From the IMG/VR virus record IMGVR_UViG_3300020601_000005: a stretch of 64,000 nucleotides of DNA; one strand, given 5' to 3'. A model generated the notes under the pieces. That model was not told the origin of the DNA. It saw only the letters and a list, made by a program, of their open reading frames with translations, and did not search any database. Source of the stretch: a virus. Shown piece after piece: positions 1-8,277 of the stretch (positions are counted from its first letter, which is position 1; every line of letters begins with the position of its first letter). The position numbers and the translations under genes were made by a program.

Positions 1-378
1 CCATCAATAAATGCTAGTAACACTGACCTATGTACGGTCGGTGTATCAGGCGCAGTACAGACTCAGATACTAGGTATCTCGGGTGCCACTACTGTGCGTG
101 ATATGAATTGCGAACGATTAAAGTTATCCAAGACCCTTTACGATATGGGTATGAAGGTTGCTGCCATTTCTACATTATGCCAAGACCCAAGAGTCTTTGA
201 TGCAATGTTGATGGCAGGAACGCCATGTCCGTACGAAGGTAAGATTGGTCCTGAAGCTAAAGAAGCCTGGAAGCAAGCAGGCAAGACTAGTAGCGTAGAA
301 CCAGTTGTTGAGGATAAGAATGAAAATACTGCGTATATTGGCTGGGGTATTGTTACTCTCCTGCTTATCGGTCTCTAA
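1..378 (+). CDS. 5'-truncated conserved phage Cys-rich protein with C-terminal transmembrane anchor
   Basis: Frame 1 is open from base 1 (PSINASNTDLCTVGVSGAVQTQILGISG...NCERLKLSKTLYDMGMKVAAISTLCQDPRVFDAMLMAGTPCP). It ends in hydrophobic YIGWGIVTLLLIGL. The true start lies upstream of the window. Confidence 0.75.
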   Translation, partial: PSINASNTDLCTVGVSGAVQTQILGISGATTVRDMNCERLKLSKTLYDMGMKVAAISTLCQDPRVFDAMLMAGTPCPYEGKIGPEAKEAWKQAGKTSSVEPVVEDKNENTAYIGWGIVTLLLIGL

Positions 379-2398
379 AGCAGATACCAGCCAAAACCTC
401 ATAGATCAACAAGCTTGGGAAGGTATCACTTATGGTGCCGATCCAGGCGGCTGTTGTGCGTCTATCTCTGGCAGTGGTCCTCTATTTGATACTACGACCA
501 ATACGATTATGTTTTCGTATGGCAATGCATTGGTGTCACAGACTATTGCTATTAATCAAGCATTGAAAGCAACTGGTATTCAAGTTGATGGATACCAATA
601 CCACTGGCATTATAAGTTGATGCCAAACAATGGTGGTGGAACTGACACATTGACATTTGAAGTATCTGTAAAAGATTCTGCAGGTCAAGTGGTCGAAACT
701 TACACATACGATTACTCAGGTCCAGCCGATGGGTTGGATGTACATCAAGATGGTGTGCAACTGTTCAATCAATCGTATACGGATCCTCAAAGTATTGCAT
801 TGAAAATACGTGGTAAGGATGGTGGATTTTGGGGTGGTTACTATGGGCCTGAAATTACGTATACTGATTTACGATTGATTTACTCTGTAGATCCATGCGC
901 CGGCAACCCATTATTTGATCCAAGTTGTGCTGGTTATGCAGAAGCATTTGCCAAACAATTGTATGACCAAAATTGTGCTGCAAATCCATTGTATGACTCT
1001 GGATGTCCTGGATATACAACAGCGTATTTCAATCAGCAATGTAGTTTCAGTCCTTTATACAATCAAGCATGTCCTGGTTATACTGAGGCGTATTACGATC
1101 AACAATGTTCGGCAAACCCATTATACGATTCGCAGTGCCCTGGATATGCTCAGGCATATGAAGACCAACAGTGTTCGATTAACCCCCTTTTTTCAACCAA
1201 CTGCTCGGGATATCAAGAAGCTTACCACGCCCAACAATGTGGTTTAAATGCGCTATACGCTTCTGATTGTCCTGGTTATGCTGAGGCATATTACGATCAA
1301 CAATGTAAAAGTAATCCACTGTATGATACCGGATGTCCAGGATATGCACCAGCATTCTATAGTCAACAATGTTCCATAACTGCATTGTATGATACAGGAT
1401 GCCCAGGATATGCTGCTGCATATTATGATCAACAATGTTCGTTGAACCCTCTTTACGATAGCGGTTGTACTGGATATGACACTGCGTACTTTAATCAACA
1501 GTGTTCGTTGAACTCATTGTATGATGCCAATTGCCCAGATTATGCTACTGCATACTACAATCAACAATGTACAGCAGATCCGTTGTATGACTCAGGATGC
1601 CCAGGATACTCAACAGCGTATTTCAATCAGCAATGTTCGCTGAATCCACTATACGATGCAACATGCCCAGGATATGCTACCGCATACTATAATCAACAAT
1701 GTACTATAACCGCACTGTATGATACCGGATGTCCAGGATATCAAGAGGCATATGCAACCAAGATGTTATTAGAACGACAACAGGAGGAAACTTCCAATCC
1801 TGTAGTAGAAACTGAAACAGCATCTATTGTTTATGTCGATCCAGTTGCATCATTGACCACAATTAGTTCAACGGGTGATGCCGTCGTTGATAGTGTAATA
1901 TCGGCACCAGTAACAATAATAATGGAGGTAGCAGTTAATGAACCAATACAGGACACCAGTAGTACTGTGGACGAGCCATTGGAAGAAGCTGGGGGAGGAG
2001 ACAGTGGTGGATCGGAAGGGGAATCAGAAAGTGGTGGAGACTCTAGTTCTAATGGGGACTCCAAATCTGAATCATCCTCTAAATCAAAATCTACTAGAGA
2101 AAAAGTAAAAGAAGCTATGACTGAGAAAGCTCAGAACTTAGCTAACGAGATGAGCGGTGCTGCGTCACTTCAAGCGCAACAAGCTATACAGGCACAGTTA
2201 ACTGCGATTATGAACTATAATCCTGGATTTGCAGCATACGGACAGTTCCGTATTCCTGGTGTAGATTTTTATGCATCAGAGGAAATATACGTCAACGCCA
2301 TTGTTCCAGAAACCAAAAGGGGTTTACGGAATGGTTTGGCCCAACAAATTCTTCATAATAAAATGGTAGAATCACAATATAACAATAATAAGGAGTGA
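320..2398 (+). CDS. Secreted protein with 13 x 22-aa Cys/Tyr repeats and acidic Ser/Gly linker
   Basis: ATG at 320 after AGGA; signal peptide MKILRILAGVLLLSCLSVSKA; repeat consensus CxxNPLYDxxCPGYxxAYYxQQ. Confidence 0.85.
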   Translation: MKILRILAGVLLLSCLSVSKADTSQNLIDQQAWEGITYGADPGGCCASISGSGPLFDTTTNTIMFSYGNALVSQTIAINQALKATGIQVDGYQYHWHYKLMPNNGGGTDTLTFEVSVKDSAGQVVETYTYDYSGPADGLDVHQDGVQLFNQSYTDPQSIALKIRGKDGGFWGGYYGPEITYTDLRLIYSVDPCAGNPLFDPSCAGYAEAFAKQLYDQNCAANPLYDSGCPGYTTAYFNQQCSFSPLYNQACPGYTEAYYDQQCSANPLYDSQCPGYAQAYEDQQCSINPLFSTNCSGYQEAYHAQQCGLNALYASDCPGYAEAYYDQQCKSNPLYDTGCPGYAPAFYSQQCSITALYDTGCPGYAAAYYDQQCSLNPLYDSGCTGYDTAYFNQQCSLNSLYDANCPDYATAYYNQQCTADPLYDSGCPGYSTAYFNQQCSLNPLYDATCPGYATAYYNQQCTITALYDTGCPGYQEAYATKMLLERQQEETSNPVVETETASIVYVDPVASLTTISSTGDAVVDSVISAPVTIIMEVAVNEPIQDTSSTVDEPLEEAGGGDSGGSEGESESGGDSSSNGDSKSESSSKSKSTREKVKEAMTEKAQNLANEMSGAASLQAQQAIQAQLTAIMNYNPGFAAYGQFRIPGVDFYASEEIYVNAIVPETKRGLRNGLAQQILHNKMVESQYNNNKE
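896..1760 (+). repeat. 66-nt period tandem coding repeat (13 copies, first imperfect)
   Basis: Recurring caacaatgt...tgtatgat...ggatg(t/c)ccaggata units; boundaries approximate. Confidence 0.9.
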
Positions 2399-2404
2399 TA
2401 ACAT

Positions 2405-2839
2405 ATGTATGAATATAGAGCAAAGATTAATAGGGTCGTTGATGGGGATACCGTTGACGTCGATATTGAATTGGGTTTCGATATTGTATTAACAGGCCAA
2501 AGAGTTAGAATTATGGGTATTGATACTCCTGAGTCTAGAACTAGTGACGCAGTCGAAAAGGTATTCGGTCTTGCCGCCAAGAATCGTTTGAAGGAGTTAC
2601 TAGGTGAAACCGGCATTCTCAGAACGCAAGTTGAAAAAGACGGTGACGATGCCAAAGGAAAGTTTGGTCGTATTCTCGGTGACTTCGTTGCGCCTGATGG
2701 TCGTATGGTTACTGAGATTATGATCGAAGAAGGACATTGCGTTCCGTACTTCGGTGGATCCAAAGAAGAAGTACAAGCACAACACGCAGTCAATAGACAA
2801 AGATTGATAGCTGAGGGCATAGTTACTTTACCAAAGTAA
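2405..2839 (+). CDS. Thermonuclease (SNase family) nuclease
   Basis: RVVDGDTVDV, RVRIMGIDTPE and GKFGRILG motifs; SD AAGGAG. Confidence 0.9.
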   Translation: MYEYRAKINRVVDGDTVDVDIELGFDIVLTGQRVRIMGIDTPESRTSDAVEKVFGLAAKNRLKELLGETGILRTQVEKDGDDAKGKFGRILGDFVAPDGRMVTEIMIEEGHCVPYFGGSKEEVQAQHAVNRQRLIAEGIVTLPK

Positions 2840-2849
2840 AGGAATAATC

Positions 2850-3293
2850 ATGCTTGCTGAACTTGCCGCCGCCAATGCTGCCTTTGATGTCATTAAGCAA
2901 ACACTAGTTAATGGAAGAGAGATCTACGAAGCTGGTGAAGCTATGGCTCAGTATTTTGGTTTAAAAACTGAGATACAAAAGAAGGCTCATCAACATGGCT
3001 ATAAGAGTGACATTGCTGCTTTTATGGCTTCAGAGCAGTTAGCTGCACAAGAAGAAGAGTTAAAACAAATGATGATTTACCAGGGTCGACCAGGTATGTG
3101 GGATGATTGGTTGAAGTTCCAAGCTGAAATAAAACGTAGCAAGGAACAAGAAGAGAAGGAACAACGAACAGCAAAAGCTAAACGTAGACGAATGATTTTT
3201 AACATATTCAATTGGACAGCATTAGGTGTCTTGTTGACAATGTTAGCAATCAGTGCAGTGTATATGACACTGGCAATTTTAAAATATAATTAA
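2850..3293 (+). CDS. Conserved phage protein with C-terminal TM helix
   Basis: SD AAGGA; helical N-terminus; basic patch then hydrophobic helix. Confidence 0.75.
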   Translation: MLAELAAANAAFDVIKQTLVNGREIYEAGEAMAQYFGLKTEIQKKAHQHGYKSDIAAFMASEQLAAQEEELKQMMIYQGRPGMWDDWLKFQAEIKRSKEQEEKEQRTAKAKRRRMIFNIFNWTALGVLLTMLAISAVYMTLAILKYN

Positions 3294-3303
3294 GGAGACT
3301 TAA

Positions 3304-3645
3304 ATGGCTGAACAAAAAGAACTTACAATAGAAGCCGGAAGCGGATTAGAAGGTGCAGACACCAATGGTGACGGCCATATTAGTAAAGAAGAATTAAATA
3401 TGCACCTAGAATTCAAGCGCAGAGAACTAGAAGATGCGGATGCTCAAAGAGATGCGATGCGCAAGATGACATGGTTTGCATTGTTTGGTATGTTACTGTA
3501 CCCAACAACAATCATGTTTACTTCATGGTTGGGTTTGGACAAAGCCGCTGGCATTATTGGTGATATTGCACCAACATATTTTGTTGCCATTTCTGCTTTG
3601 GTTGCTGCCTTCTTTGGTGCTAATGCTTACGCTAACAAGAAGTAA
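3304..3645 (+). CDS. EF-hand-containing two-TM membrane protein (holin-like)
   Basis: Canonical EF loop DTNGDGHISKEE, then two hydrophobic helices and basic C-terminus; SD AAGGAG. Confidence 0.7.
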   Translation: MAEQKELTIEAGSGLEGADTNGDGHISKEELNMHLEFKRRELEDADAQRDAMRKMTWFALFGMLLYPTTIMFTSWLGLDKAAGIIGDIAPTYFVAISALVAAFFGANAYANKK

Positions 3646-3654
3646 GGAAGCAAA

Positions 3655-4158
3655 ATGTCAGACGAAAAAACAGAAATCGAATTTGGTGGAATGAAATTCT
3701 CCGGCGGTAAGATGTTTGCGCTCCTAACTGCACTATCTACTTTAGGTGGTGCAGCTTGGGGTGGTTTTGAAATATACAAAGACTATATGGATATGAAAGA
3801 GATTATCCAGAATATCGACACAACTGAAATTGAAAATCGCAATAAGATAATCGAGCAGAAGTTGGATGATGCTATTGAGTATACACGTGATATTAAATCT
3901 GGTTTAAGAGATGATATCTTGGGTATTGAAAAGCAAGGTGATAGAGTTGAAGATATGGTCCGTGCCTCGGAAGAGAAAGTGCGTGAACAGATCCAGATTG
4001 CAGAAGGTCGTTTTGAAAATAAACGTGACCAATTGCAAAATGATTATGATCAAAAGGCAAATGCATTGAGAGATGCAACTGACCAGAAGATTAAAGATGT
4101 TGAGGATAGATTGAATAAGAAACTACAACGTGCATTAGATAATCCATTAGCTAATTAA
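3655..4158 (+). CDS. N-terminal TM plus coiled-coil protein
   Basis: FALLTALSTLGGAAWGGF hydrophobic segment then a long charged heptad region. Confidence 0.75.
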   Translation: MSDEKTEIEFGGMKFSGGKMFALLTALSTLGGAAWGGFEIYKDYMDMKEIIQNIDTTEIENRNKIIEQKLDDAIEYTRDIKSGLRDDILGIEKQGDRVEDMVRASEEKVREQIQIAEGRFENKRDQLQNDYDQKANALRDATDQKIKDVEDRLNKKLQRALDNPLAN

Positions 4159-4167
4159 GGAACCGAT

Positions 4168-4548
4168 ATGAAATACATCATAGCCATATTTGCAGTAATG
4201 ACATTAACCGGATGTGCAACTATTAGTGATATCGTCCCAAGTTTCTGGGATGATAATCAATCGAAGGTAGCAATCGATATTAAATATAATATTAGTATAA
4301 TCGATTGTACATCAGACAATATTAATACTAAGCAAATATTGAGAGATGTCAATTGGTTTATTTCATATTCGGAATCTAAACAAACTAAAGACGTAATTAA
4401 AATCATCAATCCGTTAAAAGAAACATTAGTCACTTTCGACAAGAAAGTAGAAACTAATAAGATGACAAATACATATTGCGAATTAAAAAAGAAGATACTA
4501 ATTACGCAATCTAATAGATTTGCCGAATCAGTATTAGGGAGATATTAA
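4168..4548 (+). CDS. Lipoprotein
   Basis: MKYIIAIFAVMTLTGC lipobox; markedly AT-rich. Confidence 0.8.
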   Translation: MKYIIAIFAVMTLTGCATISDIVPSFWDDNQSKVAIDIKYNISIIDCTSDNINTKQILRDVNWFISYSESKQTKDVIKIINPLKETLVTFDKKVETNKMTNTYCELKKKILITQSNRFAESVLGRY

Positions 4549-4779
4549 ATGGAAGAAATTCAAAACTTAATTAATTCAGATGATGAATGGTTAATTAATA
4601 AAGGTTTATTATTAAAGCAGATCGTCGATTCATATGCATCCGGACTTCTCACTGTTGAGGAATACGTAGAGCTTCTGCAGGACATCGAGCACTCTGATGA
4701 TATGAATGAGGAAGCTACTAGCTTAGAAAATAAAACCTTGGTATTAAATATTGCATCAGCTCTGAGCTCTGTGATGTAA
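4549..4779 (+). CDS. Small acidic hypothetical protein
   Basis: ATG abuts upstream stop; GGAG upstream; followed by terminator. Confidence 0.7.
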   Translation: MEEIQNLINSDDEWLINKGLLLKQIVDSYASGLLTVEEYVELLQDIEHSDDMNEEATSLENKTLVLNIASALSSVM

Positions 4780-4784
4780 AAAAC

Positions 4785-4800
4785 TAATACTTTAGTACTA
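4785..4800. promoter_or_regulatory. 16-bp palindromic box TAATACTTTAGTACTA (copy 1)
   Basis: Exact copies at 4887, 9171 and 16902. Confidence 0.7.
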
Positions 4801-4805
4801 ATTTT

Positions 4806-4827
4806 GGGGACTTCGGTCCCCATTTTT
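4806..4827 (+). terminator. Intrinsic terminator with UUCG loop
   Basis: GGGGAC-TTCG-GTCCCC followed by ATTTTT. Confidence 0.9.
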
Positions 4828-4886
4828 GTTTCTGTGGTAGAATACCTATCTGAGTTGATGAAGATCCGATGTGGTGCATTTTTAAC

Positions 4887-4902
4887 TAATACTTTAGTAC
4901 TA
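4887..4902. promoter_or_regulatory. 16-bp palindromic box (copy 2)
   Basis: Exact TAATACTTTAGTACTA upstream of the promoter at 4947. Confidence 0.7.
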
Positions 4903-4946
4903 ATTGACATAATAGACACACAACCGGGTATACTATTAAAAAAGTG

Positions 4947-4975
4947 TGTACAGTATTTGCGAAAATGCGTATAAT
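4947..4975 (+). promoter_or_regulatory. Sigma70-type early promoter
   Basis: TGTACA(4947-4952)-N17-TATAAT(4970-4975). Confidence 0.85.
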
Positions 4976-4981
4976 ACACCT

Positions 4982-5893
4982 ATGAACACACAAAATACCA
5001 TCACCTTCGACAAGTCCTCAGGCAAATACGTTTGTAGCATTGAGGGCCAAACTTTCTCAACCAAGAATGCTTACCGTGTAGAGTACATGCATAAGCAGAT
5101 CACAGGCGTCAAGAAGTCCATCAACGAGCTGATGAACGTCAAGTCTGAGCCTAAGTCTGAAAAGTTTGGCATCAACAAGCGTTTTGACTTCGTGGAAAAG
5201 CTTGTAAAAATGGTTGCGACTGGGGTTCAACCTTCCGCAGTCATTACAGGTCAGGGCGGTTTGGGTAAAACCTACACTGTTCTGAAAACCCTCAAGGACT
5301 CAGGTCTAAACGACGTTACCTGTTTGGATGAATTCGAGATTGGTATGTCAGTTGCCCGTTCACGTAGTTTTGCGATCGTAAAAGGCTACTCTACTCCTAA
5401 AGGTCTGTACCGTACTTTGTTCGAAAATAACGGTTCAGTGATCGTGTTTGATGACTGTGATTCAGTATTAAAGGACCCAGTTGCCCTGAACCTTCTCAAA
5501 GGTGCCTTAGACTCATACGATCGTCGTTTTATCAGCTGGAATGCCGATATGCGTGATGATGACTTGCCAAAGTCTTTTGAGTTCACCGGCCGTATCGTGT
5601 TTATCTCTAACATGGGACAAGAAAAGATCGATCAGGCTATCCGCTCACGTTCAATGATGATCGATTTGAGCATGACTGATGATCAAAAAGTAGAGCGTAT
5701 GGAAGCCATTGCGTCATCAGATGAATTTATGCCTGAGTACGATACAAAAGCCAAGAGTGATGCGATTCAGTTTATTAAGAAAATCCAATCTGATGTTAAA
5801 GAGTTATCTTTGCGCAGTTTGATCAGTGTTACTAAGATTGCTTCAACCAATGAGAATTGGGAAGAACTTGCCGAATACATGCTGTGTAACTAA
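4982..5893 (+). CDS. P-loop/AAA+-type ATPase
   Basis: Walker A GQGGLGKT, Walker B VIVFDDCD, SRS arginine-finger-like motif; ATG 4982 preferred because it follows the promoter. Confidence 0.85.
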   Translation: MNTQNTITFDKSSGKYVCSIEGQTFSTKNAYRVEYMHKQITGVKKSINELMNVKSEPKSEKFGINKRFDFVEKLVKMVATGVQPSAVITGQGGLGKTYTVLKTLKDSGLNDVTCLDEFEIGMSVARSRSFAIVKGYSTPKGLYRTLFENNGSVIVFDDCDSVLKDPVALNLLKGALDSYDRRFISWNADMRDDDLPKSFEFTGRIVFISNMGQEKIDQAIRSRSMMIDLSMTDDQKVERMEAIASSDEFMPEYDTKAKSDAIQFIKKIQSDVKELSLRSLISVTKIASTNENWEELAEYMLCN

Positions 5894-5908
5894 TAATTTG
5901 GTACCATA

Positions 5909-5937
5909 TGTACAAATATGGTAGATTAGTGTATAAT
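5909..5937 (+). promoter_or_regulatory. Early promoter preceded by degenerate palindromic box (5891-5906)
   Basis: TGTACA-N17-TATAAT; TAATAATTTGGTACCA upstream (13/16 match). Confidence 0.8.
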
Positions 5938-5955
5938 GGTCTTGAGGAGCAAGTT

Positions 5956-6075
5956 ATGAGATATATTCTAATATTGAAAAACAATTCCGTGATGGTATTT
6001 AAGATTAAGGCCTGCGCAGAGCTCTATTCCACCGTGTATGGTGGTAAAATAACAGAAACTGAAATTGGAGTATGA
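5956..6075 (+). CDS. 39-aa hypothetical protein (not in ORF track)
   Basis: SD GAGGAG; MRYILILKNNSVMVFKIKACAELYSTVYGGKITETEIGV; first gene after the promoter. Confidence 0.7.
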   Translation: MRYILILKNNSVMVFKIKACAELYSTVYGGKITETEIGV

Positions 6076-6076
6076 T

Positions 6077-6268
6077 ATGAAATACAAAGATACAACTTTC
6101 ACCGACGCCTCAGGCGTTAAGGTTACAATGTGCGAATACCGAGCTCCTAAAAAAGCTCAAAAGACATTTGACGTCGATAAGTCTAAATACACAGCATGGA
6201 CTCAAGGCGTTTCAAATTATACTCGTGGTACAAATGGAGTACTTGGAACTATGGAGAATGTAAAATGA
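6077..6268 (+). CDS. Hypothetical protein
   Basis: GGAG SD before ATG 6077. Confidence 0.7.
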   Translation: MKYKDTTFTDASGVKVTMCEYRAPKKAQKTFDVDKSKYTAWTQGVSNYTRGTNGVLGTMENVK

Positions 6269-6408
6269 AATGCTGCAATAATGATTGTAATCAGGGACGA
6301 GATTGCCCAAATAGAACAGAAATGAATATTTCATATATTGATTGGAATGCAATTGCATATACCATCATTATTATTGCATTAATTGCTATTCCATTTATAA
6401 CTAAGTAG
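6265..6408 (+). CDS. Small Cys-rich membrane protein
   Basis: MKCCNNDCNQGRDCPNR plus C-terminal TM; ATGA overlap with upstream gene. Confidence 0.65.
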   Translation: MKCCNNDCNQGRDCPNRTEMNISYIDWNAIAYTIIIIALIAIPFITK

Positions 6409-6416
6409 AGGTAAAT

Positions 6417-6527
6417 ATGAGTAATGAAAAAATTCAATTTCTAGCAGATGTAGCTGATTTGATTATCGAATTGACTGTATCACTTGTAGTTATTGTTGCC
6501 GGAGTTAAATATATTTTCTGGGGATAA
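6417..6527 (+). CDS. 36-aa single-TM peptide (not in ORF track)
   Basis: SD GAGGT; MSNEKIQFLADVADLIIELTVSLVVIVAGVKYIFWG. Confidence 0.6.
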   Translation: MSNEKIQFLADVADLIIELTVSLVVIVAGVKYIFWG

Positions 6528-6529
6528 AA

Positions 6530-6910
6530 ATGATGATTACATACTCTACTAACTGGATGGGTCCGGTCAACACGGATTGGTATCGTAGTCGAAACCTTAC
6601 CATGATAAAGACTGTGGTTCAGGAAGAAGATTCTAAGTTCACCAGCCGTAAGAAAGGTGACGTCTACGAGGTAGAGGAAATAACTCAGCATTGGGCTGGT
6701 GGCCGGATCGATATTCGTGGCGAGGGTCTTGGTCCTTATGGTGACGAGATGGGCTTGCCAATTATGCGAGATGACTGTTATATTAGATTCAGTGATTGGT
6801 TGCATACCGTTAAGACGGATGATGTATGGACTCTTGCTCAGTTGGTCGAGTTGTACGAAAAAGACAACTCTAAGATAATCTGGGCTAATGATGTATTTGG
6901 AGATGTATAA
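6530..6910 (+). CDS. Hypothetical protein
   Basis: Tightly packed ORF with a Trp-containing conserved-looking N-terminus (YSTNWMGP). Confidence 0.75.
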   Translation: MMITYSTNWMGPVNTDWYRSRNLTMIKTVVQEEDSKFTSRKKGDVYEVEEITQHWAGGRIDIRGEGLGPYGDEMGLPIMRDDCYIRFSDWLHTVKTDDVWTLAQLVELYEKDNSKIIWANDVFGDV

Positions 6911-7134
6911 TGAACCAACAAATTAAAAACCTTGCTAAACAATGCTGGGATACTCGATTAGATGGTGTACATTTTGACCAAGAAAAGTTCGCCGAGTTGA
7001 TTGTTCGCGGATGTATTGACTGTGTTCGGGGTGCCGTCCTTGCTGATGATGTTGCCTTAAGAAACAATCTTGGATTCAACGATGGTATAGCCGAAGGCGT
7101 AGTTCATATCCAAAAACATTTCGGAGTTGAATGA
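6910..7134 (+). CDS. Hypothetical protein
   Basis: TAATG coupling; EKFAELIVRGC...HFGVE pattern of small phage proteins. Confidence 0.75.
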   Translation: MNQQIKNLAKQCWDTRLDGVHFDQEKFAELIVRGCIDCVRGAVLADDVALRNNLGFNDGIAEGVVHIQKHFGVE

Positions 7135-7478
7135 TGGAAGATAAACATGAACCTCTGAATCCAGAGAATGAAAAACTCATGGATGATAAGATGGCAGAAT
7201 ACATGGAAGCTAATGAAGCTTTAGCAAAATCATTTGAAGAAGCTAGGATTGCGGATGAAAAAAACGCTAACGATTTTTGGGATTCTTTATCGTATGATGA
7301 TAGGTGTAATGCTTTCCATGCTGTTGTTTCTCGTCTTTTCGATGGTGATATAAAGCAGAGAGGTTCATATCGCTACGTACTATATGATGTCTTTAAGTTT
7401 GGTCCAGACATGTATACTCGTGGTATGGATTGTGGTTACATGGCATTGCATAATAGTATTTGCACTGACAAAATTTGA
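7131..7478 (+). CDS. Hypothetical protein
   Basis: Packed ORF; GSYRYVLYDVFKFGPD motif. Confidence 0.75.
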   Translation: MMEDKHEPLNPENEKLMDDKMAEYMEANEALAKSFEEARIADEKNANDFWDSLSYDDRCNAFHAVVSRLFDGDIKQRGSYRYVLYDVFKFGPDMYTRGMDCGYMALHNSICTDKI

Positions 7479-7489
7479 GGAAAAATCAT

Positions 7490-7804
7490 ATGAGCAATAT
7501 TGAAGGAATTGGAGAAGTAATCTTAATTAGAGAAAATGAAGACGGTAGTGCAGATTACCAATTTATATTTCCGCCAGAGGTTTTAGATGCATTGACTAGG
7601 CTTGGGATCATGACTGCTATTAAAGCAGGTATCGATGAAGCTAAACAACTAAATCCAGAAGAATTCTTAAATGAGACCGACACACAAGCACGACGTGAAT
7701 GGGTTGGGCTGACTGATGAGGAAAAAGGCTGGTGTGCTGCGCCTACATATGCAGAAACAATTGAACGTGTAGAAGCAAAGCTCAAGGAAAAGAACGAGTC
7801 ATGA
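7490..7804 (+). CDS. Hypothetical protein
   Basis: SD GAGGA; RENEDGSAD and EWVGLTDEE motifs. Confidence 0.7.
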   Translation: MSNIEGIGEVILIRENEDGSADYQFIFPPEVLDALTRLGIMTAIKAGIDEAKQLNPEEFLNETDTQARREWVGLTDEEKGWCAAPTYAETIERVEAKLKEKNES

Positions 7805-8031
7805 CTCCCCAAGAAATTTTTGAATATAAATTAAAGTGGGCGCCTGGTTATATCGTGTCTATTCATTCTGATTTGGATTGGGAAGCCAAAAAGTGGTGTC
7901 GTGCACATTTAGGACAATGGCAATGGGTTCATGAATCATATACTGATGTTTACGAGCACACTTATAGATTTGAACATCAGTATCACGCAGATGAATTTGT
8001 AAATCAATTTAAGAACTGGATTACGAAATGA
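7801..8031 (+). CDS. Hypothetical protein
   Basis: ATGA overlap; SD AAGGA. Confidence 0.7.
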   Translation: MTPQEIFEYKLKWAPGYIVSIHSDLDWEAKKWCRAHLGQWQWVHESYTDVYEHTYRFEHQYHADEFVNQFKNWITK

Positions 8032-8093
8032 TAGAATTATTAATATTGCTTTGGATTGGTGGAATCATTCTAGCAATTACAACTGGAGATTGA
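8028..8093 (+). CDS. 21-aa hydrophobic peptide (not in ORF track)
   Basis: ATGA-coupled MIELLILLWIGGIILAITTGD; fills the gap exactly. Confidence 0.45.
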   Translation: MIELLILLWIGGIILAITTGD

Positions 8094-8094
8094 T

Positions 8095-8277
8095 ATGGCA
8101 ACATGGATTTTAATTTATACGTTTACGATACCCGAGAATCATTATTTTAATAGACCTGTTATCATGGATAATTTTACAACCCAAGCGCAATGCGAGTTAG
8201 CATTAGATTATATTAAAATGTCCTATGATCGTGTTAATATTACAGGTACCGGGCATTGCTGGGGAGAGGAAAAATGA
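8095..8277 (+). CDS. Hypothetical protein
   Basis: GGAG SD; MATWILI...F.T.AQCE pattern. Confidence 0.65.
   Translation: MATWILIYTFTIPENHYFNRPVIMDNFTTQAQCELALDYIKMSYDRVNITGTGHCWGEEK

Noticed and set aside
896-1760. 66-nt periodicity resembling a CRISPR array
   Set aside because: In-frame coding repeat with synonymous variation; no constant repeat plus unique spacer structure
4904-4934. TTGACA...TATACT as a separate promoter
   Set aside because: 19-nt spacer, and TTGACA is absent from the homologous block at 9187; not supported enough to call
4560-4979. 139-aa minus-strand ORF with repeated ISTKVLV
   Set aside because: The peptide repeat is simply the translation of the DNA dyad box; the ORF spans a terminator and promoter antisense
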